From: Candidatus Heimdallarchaeota archaeon
GTDB taxonomy: Archaea; Asgardarchaeota; Heimdallarchaeia; JABLTI01
Length of the DNA: 15,395 bases
Reading direction: 5' to 3'
Assembly: GCA_030614005.1 (NCBI GenBank)
Contig: JAUWKS010000071.1
Coordinates: 1 to 15,395 of the forward strand
The notes beneath the pieces were generated by a model that was not told where the DNA came from, did no database searches, and worked only from the letters and a program-made list of their open reading frames with translations. Made by a program: the position numbers and the translations under genes. Below, piece after piece: positions 1-6,733 of this stretch; within the stretch, counting starts at the first letter, position 1; the number at the start of each line of letters is the position of its first letter.

Positions 1-1
1 T

Positions 2-1630
2 CCAAAAAGCAACACAACTATCTCTGCTTTGAGAGGTTGTGATTTACTTGTAAGAAAAGGTGAATTAATATCAATTATTGGACCTAGTGGTTCAGGAAAA
101 ACAACTCTAGTAAAAATTTTAGCTGGATTAGATTTTCCTTCAAGTGGAACAGTAAAAATAAAAGGTAAATCTTTACCATATCTGAGTGCTAGAAATATTA
201 GAAATTATAGAATGGAGAATATCAGCCTATTAGACCAATTCCCCGAACGAACCCTTTTCTTGAACATTAGTGTGAAAGATAATCTTGAATTTGCTTATAA
301 TTTACTAAAGAAAGAGGACAATTCTGAAGCTACCCTTGAACCATCTATAGTACTTGAGAACCTCGGAATTTCTCATCTGAAAAACCGTATAGTGAAAACA
401 TTATCTGGAGGAGAAATGACTCGAGTGGCCTTAGCATGTGCTGTTTCAAAAAACACTCCAATAATATTGTGTGATGAACCTACTGGTCAATTAGATAGTG
501 AGAATACTGAACGTGTTCGAGAATTATTAAATAGAGTAACAAGAGATTTTAAAACTACTATCTTAGTTGTTACTCATGATGTTCGATTTATCGAAGGTGT
601 AGATCGAACATTTGAAATTCTTGATGGTCGAGTCTCCTCTATTTTAAGTGCTGAAGATCAAATGAATTCCTCTTTGAAATTGGAATTTCCATTACAATTT
701 AAGAGTTATATTGATTCTACGATGACTGCAAGAATTCCTGAAGTGATTTATAGAACACTAAAGTTAGAAGCCAGTGTGAGCTACTCTGTGGATAAAAAAG
801 GAAAAGTTGAATTAAAAAATCCAGAAAATATTTCTCCTGACAAAATGGAATTGGAAAAATTAATACGAAAAGAGAAAGTTTTGAAGATTGAAGAATTAAC
901 AGAAAAATATAGAGAAGGAAAAAATGCAATAATTAAGCTAGAGAAGGTATCTAAAATTTATTCTACACCTGGTGAAGAAATTAATGCATTATCAAGTTTA
1001 AATCTAAACATTTTTTCTGGGGATATTATTTTTGTCCTTGGACCCAGTGGTTCTGGAAAAACAACCTTAATGAAATTATTGGCAGGTCTTGAACAAATTT
1101 CAGAAGGGCAAATTACAATTAATGGAACATTATTTAGCTTGCTTTCAGAACATGAGAGAGCTATTTTTAGAAGAACCTTTATGGGGATAATTGCTCAACA
1201 AGGAAACCTAAATCCCTTTCTAACTATTTATGAGAATTTAGGAATAAAAGAAATTTATTCTAGAAATAAAAAGAGTAATCAAAATCAAATAGAAAAAGAA
1301 AAAATAAACTTGCTTCAAAAGTTCCAGATTGAACATAGAAAAGATGCTTACCCATTAGAAATTTCTGGAGGTGAACTTCAACGGGCATCTCTAGCTTTGG
1401 CATTAAAAGGGTCGCCAAAATTTCTCCTATTAGATGAACCTACTGCGAATCTGGATTCTAAATTAGCTCAAACAACTATTGATTTAGTTTTAACCACTGC
1501 ACAAGAAATGAATTTAACTACAATTATTTCCACGCATGATGTTAGTTTATTACATGCTGGATCAAGAGTAATTCGATTGCTTGACGGTGAAATTATTCAG
1601 AATGGTATCTGTGTAAAAATGGATAGTTGA
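2..1630 (+). CDS. Tandem (two-NBD) LolD/MacB-type ABC ATPase with an AbrB/SpoVT-like linker; 5' end lies outside the window
   Basis: Two Walker A motifs (GPSGSGKTT x2), signatures LSGGE/ISGGE, Walker B ILCDEPT/LLLDEPT, H-loops VTHD/STHD. The frame is open from base 2 (PKSNTTISALRG...), so the TTG at 29 is probably not the true start. Confidence 0.9.
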   Translation, partial: PKSNTTISALRGCDLLVRKGELISIIGPSGSGKTTLVKILAGLDFPSSGTVKIKGKSLPYLSARNIRNYRMENISLLDQFPERTLFLNISVKDNLEFAYNLLKKEDNSEATLEPSIVLENLGISHLKNRIVKTLSGGEMTRVALACAVSKNTPIILCDEPTGQLDSENTERVRELLNRVTRDFKTTILVVTHDVRFIEGVDRTFEILDGRVSSILSAEDQMNSSLKLEFPLQFKSYIDSTMTARIPEVIYRTLKLEASVSYSVDKKGKVELKNPENISPDKMELEKLIRKEKVLKIEELTEKYREGKNAIIKLEKVSKIYSTPGEEINALSSLNLNIFSGDIIFVLGPSGSGKTTLMKLLAGLEQISEGQITINGTLFSLLSEHERAIFRRTFMGIIAQQGNLNPFLTIYENLGIKEIYSRNKKSNQNQIEKEKINLLQKFQIEHRKDAYPLEISGGELQRASLALALKGSPKFLLLDEPTANLDSKLAQTTIDLVLTTAQEMNLTTIISTHDVSLLHAGSRVIRLLDGEIIQNGICVKMDS

Positions 1631-1742
1631 ATATCTTACTTAAATTGAACATTCTTGAAGAAATTCTTCTTGGTTTATCCTTTGAAAGCTAATTGTTAGA
1701 AAATTAAACTTTTTTAATCAAATTACGCCTCAGCAATCTTGT

Positions 1743-1868
1743 GAACCTAAATCCATTGACTTCTGTTATCGTATTGGTCTTGATTATGTTTCTTGCTCTC
1801 CTTTACGAGTTCCTGTTACCCGATTAGCTGCTGCTCATGCTGTTATCAACAACGGTGCACGAAAGTAA
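1743..1868 (+). pseudogene. ppdK: Orphan 3'-terminal fragment of pyruvate,phosphate dikinase, copy 1 (41 codons + TAA)
   Basis: Translates to [41 protein letters not shown], matching the conserved PPDK C-terminus ([33 protein letters not shown]). Upstream in-frame sequence (QITPQQSC) is not PPDK, and no start or 5' part is present. Confidence 0.92.
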
Positions 1869-1884
1869 GCTCATCACAACAGAT

Positions 1885-1923
1885 ATCTCTCTCTTTTTTT
1901 GAGAGATTTTTCTCTTTTTTTTT
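1885..1923 (+). terminator. Hairpin + T-tract after ppdK fragment 1
   Basis: atctctc(1885-1891)/gagagat(1901-1907) stem followed by tttt-ctc-T9. Confidence 0.6.
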
Positions 1924-2011
1924 CAAATACTTATTATTATTCTTATTAGAACTTACAATGATGACAAGCACACCTTTTTCAGTTTTTTTAAAATTCATTG
2001 GATAATTATTT

Positions 2012-2036
2012 ATTGAATAGCTTGCTAATATTCAAT
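2012..2036 (-). terminator. Hairpin directly 3' of vapC
   Basis: attgaata(2012-2019)/tattcaat(2029-2036) inverted repeat abutting the stop codon; no clear U-tract. Confidence 0.35.
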
Positions 2037-2489
2037 TTAAAATGACAACTCATCAATAGAGCTACTTAGCTCAATATTTTCTTTCTTACAAGGACTTGTG
2101 AAATCATCATCAAATGATAATAGATGAGTTATACCATTTAATATGCATGTTGCTAAGATTAGTGCGTCATTTGGTAATAGTCCATTCTGAATTACTATAT
2201 CTAGTGCTATTTTATTTGTTTCTTCTGTTATATCTAAAACAATAAATGCTTCAAAAAAAAGGAATAATTCTTCTAGCTCTTTTTTTCTTTTTGTTATTTC
2301 CTTTGGTTTTGCTTTTAATTGATAACTTTTTAATCCAGATTTTGCTTTCAAATATACGTATAAAACTTCACTTAGAACGACACTATTTGTATATAGATTA
2401 TGTTTTGCTCTTAGTGGAGCTAAGTCTAATGTTCCATTAAGATGCTTCAAAATGATATTTGAATCAATAAAGACTTTTATGTCTCCCAT
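2037..2489 (-). CDS. vapC: PIN-domain VapC-family toxin
   Basis: VFIDSNII, LSEV, LLPNDALILATC, LLSFDDDF: complete acidic PIN motif set. Overlaps the upstream small gene by 13 nt. Confidence 0.9.
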   Translation of the reverse strand: MGDIKVFIDSNIILKHLNGTLDLAPLRAKHNLYTNSVVLSEVLYVYLKAKSGLKSYQLKAKPKEITKRKKELEELFLFFEAFIVLDITEETNKIALDIVIQNGLLPNDALILATCILNGITHLLSFDDDFTSPCKKENIELSSSIDELSF

Positions 2490-2665
2490 TCTTCTTCCAC
2501 TTCTCGTAATAATTTGGTTATATCCTTTTCCTTCAGTGATCCATGGAGTCTGTTCATACTATATTCAATCATAATTTCCCTTTCCAATTTCTTCTTTATT
2601 TTTGTAATATCTACTTTATCAAGTATTTCTTTGGAAAGATTTAATTTGATAGTTATTTCACTCAT
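2477..2665 (-). CDS. Small antitoxin-like protein (VapB role), 62 aa
   Basis: MSEITIKLNLSKEILDKVDI...EVEEEWET; directly upstream of and overlapping vapC. The GTG called at 2674 is more likely the GTGAT SD, with the start at ATG 2665. Confidence 0.75.
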   Translation of the reverse strand: MSEITIKLNLSKEILDKVDITKIKKKLEREIMIEYSMNRLHGSLKEKDITKLLREVEEEWET

Positions 2666-2869
2666 TGTTATCACATGTACTATTACTAGATAGAATAATT
2701 AAACATAATGTTAATAACACCATTTTAAAGTCATTTTCGACTCTGATTGTTTTATTTGTTTGTGATTTTTTGTTTCAATTCAACCAACAGTTAAGATCAT
2801 TAGAGTTTCTTTTGAAGATGTAAGTAAAAAATATTCCGTATGTATTAATGATAATTAGATTTGTTTGTC

Positions 2870-2972
2870 AAGTCCATTGACTTTTGTTATCGCTTTGGTT
2901 TGAATTACGTTAGCTGCTCTCCCTTGAGTTCCTGTTGCTCATGCAGTAATCAACAACGGTGCTCGTAAATAA
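2870..2972 (+). pseudogene. ppdK: Orphan 3'-terminal fragment of pyruvate,phosphate dikinase, copy 2 (degenerate)
   Basis: [19 protein letters not shown]-[2-nt deletion]-VPV-[15-nt deletion][11 protein letters not shown]; aligns with 1749-1868 (103 nt vs 120 nt). Confidence 0.9.
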
Positions 2973-2979
2973 TATTTCT

Positions 2980-3006
2980 AAAGACTCTTTTGCGAGTCTT
3001 TTTTTT
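2980..3006 (+). terminator. Hairpin + T-tract after ppdK fragment 2
   Basis: aaagactc-ttttgc-gagtcttt 8-bp stem followed by a T run; sequence unrelated to the terminator after copy 1. Confidence 0.65.
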
Positions 3007-3152
3007 CTTCTTTTTTTCTTTTCAGTTAATTCTATTCTTCTTACTATCGTTTTTTATTTTTCATTTTAAGCATTTTATTCAAAAAGTATCAAATAAATTA
3101 TTATATATGTTTAACTATATTTTTATATAATTGTTATTTTGAGGCGAACTAC

Positions 3153-4388
3153 TTGATTAATAAAAATCTAAAATTCAAAAGTTTCTTGATCCTTCTTTTG
3201 GTGATAGGGTTCTCTACGAGTTTTCTATCTGTTATTGCGGGGAGAACAACTGGGTTACCTGCAGTACAAGAAACTAGTAGAAACAGTGGTTTAACAGTAC
3301 TTTCTCTTGATCAGAATGATGTAACTGTTACAGCGTGTGCTAATGATATGGTGGCAACACTTAATCATTATGTTGATGTTGATAAGGACGTAATAACTTC
3401 CTTAGATGATCTTGATAATTCTTTGACCTCTAACCAAGATGACTTTATTATTTTGATGGGTCACAGCGTTCAAGAAGGTATTAGCATAGACAACCAACTA
3501 GTTGGTTGGGATGAAATTTCTATTATCACTGAAGAAAACTCTGATAAAACTTTCATTATTCCCACTTGCTTTAGTTCAAGTTTCAGTGAATATACAACCT
3601 TGGATAATGTCCTATCCCCTTTTGTAGGTGAAGTTGATTTTAGAATTAGTGTTGACTTTACTATGCTTTCAGTTGGTTATCTTTTAGATGATCATGCTCT
3701 TCTGGATGAAGGTATTGCTAAGTTTTGGGAGGACATAAACTATTTCATACAACCTCAATTATCCTTAGTCTATGTGTATAAACCTATCAATGAGCCTGGT
3801 GGGGCGATAACTTCTAATGTCAATCTTTTTGATATGGAATGTGCTCTCAATTCTTTCATTGTTGGAGCTTCTGCTGGTGCTGCTTTTGGTGCTATAGCTA
3901 TGAAATATCTTTTTAAAAGAACACCTGCTGCTGGAATAGCCTTCTTATCCTCTGTTTGCTCATTTGTCGCAAATTGGGTTCTATATACGGCCTTTATTAG
4001 ATCTTTGGGATGGGAATCCAATTTTCTTTCCATGAAAGATTTAGGTACAACTGGATGGTTCGATGTAGATTATGATGACTTTCCACTTTGTCGTTTTATC
4101 TATTTATTTAGATATCACACATATTCCACTTATGAATTAACAACTGATATCTATGTGAGATGGGATGGTTGCCATGTTCAATCTACGTATACTGTTAGAT
4201 TAGAACTTTTCTTTGTACAATCAATGACTTTAGTAACTGATATCTTGGATCCATCTTTGTTATGGAATATGCAGTTAGTATATTGGAGCCTTCTAAATCA
4301 CGAAGTAGTCGTTCACTACACTCCTCCCCCTCCTCCTTCTCCACCTATTGGTGGCGGTGGTAGTGGACCTAAGGATGTTATAGATTAG
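3153..4388 (+). CDS. Secreted protein with putative caspase-like (clan CD / CHAT-type) His-Cys domain, hydrophobic Gly/Ala hairpin and Pro/Gly tail
   Basis: TTG start after GAGGCGA SD; N-terminal basic+hydrophobic signal; FIILMGHS ... FIIPTCFS strand-His/strand-Cys pattern; FIVGASAGAAFGAIA and AAGIAFLSSVCSFVANWVL helices; ends YTPPPPPSPPIGGGGSGPKDVID. The ORF is clearly real; the function is inferred. Confidence 0.55.
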   Translation: MINKNLKFKSFLILLLVIGFSTSFLSVIAGRTTGLPAVQETSRNSGLTVLSLDQNDVTVTACANDMVATLNHYVDVDKDVITSLDDLDNSLTSNQDDFIILMGHSVQEGISIDNQLVGWDEISIITEENSDKTFIIPTCFSSSFSEYTTLDNVLSPFVGEVDFRISVDFTMLSVGYLLDDHALLDEGIAKFWEDINYFIQPQLSLVYVYKPINEPGGAITSNVNLFDMECALNSFIVGASAGAAFGAIAMKYLFKRTPAAGIAFLSSVCSFVANWVLYTAFIRSLGWESNFLSMKDLGTTGWFDVDYDDFPLCRFIYLFRYHTYSTYELTTDIYVRWDGCHVQSTYTVRLELFFVQSMTLVTDILDPSLLWNMQLVYWSLLNHEVVVHYTPPPPPSPPIGGGGSGPKDVID

Positions 4389-4410
4389 AGAGATTTTCTC
4401 TCTTTTTTTT
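4387..4410. terminator. Hairpin + T-tract between convergent genes
   Basis: agagaga-ttt-tctctct stem then a T run; related to 1901-1924 and 6034-6058. Confidence 0.6.
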
Positions 4411-4417
4411 CTTTTAT

Positions 4418-4921
4418 TTACATTTGAGCGATTTCTTTTGCTTTTATAATTGCTTCCAAATAGATTTCTTCTTTTAGCCTAAATCCTTCTTCTAAGAGTT
4501 TTGCCAATAGGTCGATAAATTCTTCAAGTGTGATTTCTTTTATAGCCAACGCTTTTAGTAATACATAAATTGTTCCTTTTGGTGTTAATCCCAAAATTTT
4601 TGCTGCTGTTCGAGCTGCAATCTCATCAATAATTACTTCTTTGATTTTCCTTTCTTTTGCTATTGCTATTACTGCTTCTTCCCCTGCGTGTAATTTCATT
4701 GGAAGTGAAAGATTCTTTGCTTTTTCTACTTTCAGCCATCCTTCTTTTATCGCTTGTTCTATAATAAAAGCATCTGGTTCTCCTAGTTCCTTTCCTTTAT
4801 CAACCACTTCTTTTTTTACTTCCTCTGGAATAATTACTGAACCGTAAATTTCCTTTAATAAAAGTAGTTTTCCAATTTTTGCTAGATAGATCAAAGGTGT
4901 TGCGTTTGTTACGACGCTCAT
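4418..4921 (-). CDS. DUF3368-type PIN-domain toxin
   Basis: VVTNATPLIYLAKIG, VIIPEEVKKEV, LHAGEEAVIAIA, VIIDEIAAR...LGLTPKGTIYVL; ATGA overlap with the upstream antitoxin. Confidence 0.88.
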   Translation of the reverse strand: MSVVTNATPLIYLAKIGKLLLLKEIYGSVIIPEEVKKEVVDKGKELGEPDAFIIEQAIKEGWLKVEKAKNLSLPMKLHAGEEAVIAIAKERKIKEVIIDEIAARTAAKILGLTPKGTIYVLLKALAIKEITLEEFIDLLAKLLEEGFRLKEEIYLEAIIKAKEIAQM

Positions 4922-5217
4922 ATTAATCCCTTCAGGTCTTCCTGCAGTTCTTCAATTGTGTAGGGCACTCTAATGCCCTTCTTCTTCACTTCAGCAATCA
5001 TTTCCCATAATGATAATTCACATCTCTCAGCTGCTTGCCAAAGAGTTATTTTCCCCTCTTCATACTTTCTAAGAAATTTTTCTATTTGCCATTCTGCAGT
5101 TGAACTAATGAGAAATCTCCTAATCACTGTTGATCTGTCCATTCCTTCTTCTCTAGCAATTCGATCAATCAGTTTAGCAAGTTTGTCTTCCACTCTTGTT
5201 GTTAAAGTAATAGGCAT
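4918..5217 (-). CDS. UPF0175-family antitoxin with N-terminal ribbon-helix-helix
   Basis: ITLTTRVEDKLAKLIDRIAREEGMDRSTVIRRFL (RHH), then YEEGKITLWQAAERCELSLWEM...KKGI (UPF0175 pattern). Confidence 0.88.
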   Translation of the reverse strand: MPITLTTRVEDKLAKLIDRIAREEGMDRSTVIRRFLISSTAEWQIEKFLRKYEEGKITLWQAAERCELSLWEMIAEVKKKGIRVPYTIEELQEDLKGLI

Positions 5218-5227
5218 AAATAATCAC

Positions 5228-5254
5228 TGTATTAAATTTATTCATTTTAATACA
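5228..5254. promoter_or_regulatory. Candidate autoregulatory operator of the UPF0175/DUF3368 operon
   Basis: Perfect 9-bp inverted repeat tgtattaaa-N9-tttaataca, 10 nt upstream of the antitoxin ATG. Confidence 0.5.
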
Positions 5255-5282
5255 TAAATTTTTCTTATTTTTTCAATTTAGA

Positions 5283-5461
5283 TTATATTTCATTAAGATG
5301 CATCAAAATGATATTTGAATCAATAAAGACTGTTATGTCTCCCATTCTTCTTTCACTTCTCGTAATAATTTGGTTATATCCTTTTCCTTCAGTGATTCAT
5401 GGAGTCTGTTCATACTATATTCAATCATAATTTCCATTTCCAATTTCTTCTTTATTTTTGT
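5283..5461 (-). pseudogene. Truncated second copy of the vapB/vapC junction
   Basis: 5291-5461 matches 2435-2605 without gaps (5 mismatches in 171 nt by manual count). Encodes the antitoxin C-terminal half without its start, and a 20-aa toxin stub MGDITVFIDSNIILMHLNEI*. Confidence 0.9.
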
Positions 5462-5575
5462 TTTTATACTTTCTTTCCATATTTTCTTTCATCGTTTACT
5501 AAAAATAGAATGGTAGTTGTTAGAAATTTTCTATTTACAGAAACTAATATTAATCCTGTGAATTCATGAAGAGAG

Positions 5576-5983
5576 GTGAATCTCCTGAATTTACAAGCAT
5601 TTACTTTAATTGTATCAATTTTCTGGTTATTATATGAAAGAATAGCGGAGATGCTATTTAATTGGCTAGAATCAGCTTTTCGAAATAGAAAGTCAGCTCA
5701 ATTTGATAAACGGTTTAAAATCTTTAAGAGAATTTTTTCTTTTGTTTTTGCTTTTTCAATAGGGTTGGTCGCAGCTTTTGTTGGTGATGTGTCCATTTTC
5801 ACAGCTTTAAATGACTCTGGAGCTTTAATGGTCTCCCCAGCTTTGATACTAGTAGACAAGATATTGCTTACCCCTCTAATCTTCTGCACAGGTACAGATA
5901 TGCTTCATCTTGTTTTGTCTTTTATTCAAAGATCAAAAGAAAATATGCGAAATCAACAAAGAGATAATTCTGTTAAAGCCTAA
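5576..5983 (+). CDS. Small membrane protein, phage holin-like (start codon uncertain)
   Basis: Three hydrophobic segments. SIGLVAAFVGDVSIFTAL...ILLTPLIFCTGTDMLHLVL resembles the 'lGi..A...idif..l...ilTGl.i..Gs..lHdl' pattern of phage holin-like proteins; charged C-tail. Confidence 0.45.
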   Translation: MNLLNLQAFTLIVSIFWLLYERIAEMLFNWLESAFRNRKSAQFDKRFKIFKRIFSFVFAFSIGLVAAFVGDVSIFTALNDSGALMVSPALILVDKILLTPLIFCTGTDMLHLVLSFIQRSKENMRNQQRDNSVKA

Positions 5984-6023
5984 AGTAAGCAAATTTCTAT
6001 GGTGCATTCGGTGGAAACTTAAT

Positions 6024-6058
6024 TCTTTTTTTTGAGGGATTTTTTCCTCTTTTTTTTC
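6024..6058. terminator. Hairpin + T-tract between convergent genes
   Basis: tcttttttttgagggattttttcctcttttttttc; near copy of 1892-1924 and 4388-4411. Confidence 0.55.
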
Positions 6059-6064
6059 TTTTAT

Positions 6065-6568
6065 TTACATTTGAGTGATTTCTTTAGCTTTTTTTATTGC
6101 TTCCAGATAAATTCCTTTTCTTAGATAAAATCTACTCCACGAAAGCTTTTTTAAAAGTCCCTTAAATTCATTTAGAGTGATTTCATTTATTTCTAATGCT
6201 TTCAGTAGTACATAAATCGTTCCTTTTGGAGTTAAACCTAAATCCTTTGCTGCTATTCGAGCAGCTTTCCCATCTATTATTACATCGTTAATTCTCTTCT
6301 CTTTTGCTATTGCTATTACCGCTATGTCCCATGGTTGTAAATTCATTATAAATGGAGTATTCATTGCTCTAATCACCATTAACCACCCTTCTTCAATAGC
6401 TTGTTCAATGAATAATATATCATGTAATCTATACGACTTTCTTCTATTTACAACCTCTTTTCTTACTACCTCTGGAATAATAACTAAATCAAAAATTTGT
6501 TTCAATAAATGAAATTTACCTAATTTTTCTAAATAGATTAAAGGTACTGTGCTTATCACTGCGGTCAT
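6065..6568 (-). CDS. Second DUF3368-type PIN protein, diverged
   Basis: From ATG 6568 (the GTGAT at 6577 is the SD) it is 167 aa, ungapped against 4418-4921, about 60% identical by manual count. The downstream non-coding sequence is also shared. Confidence 0.85.
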   Translation of the reverse strand: MTAVISTVPLIYLEKLGKFHLLKQIFDLVIIPEVVRKEVVNRRKSYRLHDILFIEQAIEEGWLMVIRAMNTPFIMNLQPWDIAVIAIAKEKRINDVIIDGKAARIAAKDLGLTPKGTIYVLLKALEINEITLNEFKGLLKKLSWSRFYLRKGIYLEAIKKAKEITQM

Positions 6569-6573
6569 ACTTA

Positions 6574-6629
6574 TCACTTCAAATCTTTTTGAAATTCTTA
6601 GGTTGTAAGGTTCACCCTAGCCCCTTTTT
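6574..6629 (-). pseudogene. Remnant of UPF0175 antitoxin C-terminus
   Basis: Frameshifted pieces KKG..., PYNL, EFQKDLK* correspond to KKKGIRVPYTIEELQEDLK of 4918-5217, at the same position relative to the toxin. Confidence 0.6.
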
Positions 6630-6733
6630 ATGCTATTTATTTGCAGCTTATTTTTCTTTTTGTATTTTCATTCCTTTTTTCTGTCGTTTTCCTAGAAAGG
6701 AAATTATATAATTAGGTAATATAATTACTGTTT

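Larger units (their letters stand above)
1741..6629. mobile_element. Degenerate integration hotspot / cassette mosaic marked by displaced ppdK 3' ends (boundaries approximate)
   Basis: Two ppdK 3' fragments, four intact or remnant TA modules, a 171-bp near-identical duplication and a terminator motif present three times. No integrase in the window. Confidence 0.55.

Noticed and set aside
5982-5990. aaagtaagc, identical to the end of ppdK fragment 1 (1862-1870) and about 35 nt before the shared terminator motif
   Set aside because: Only 9 nt, AT-rich, and no PPDK-like translation upstream; too weak to call a third fragment.
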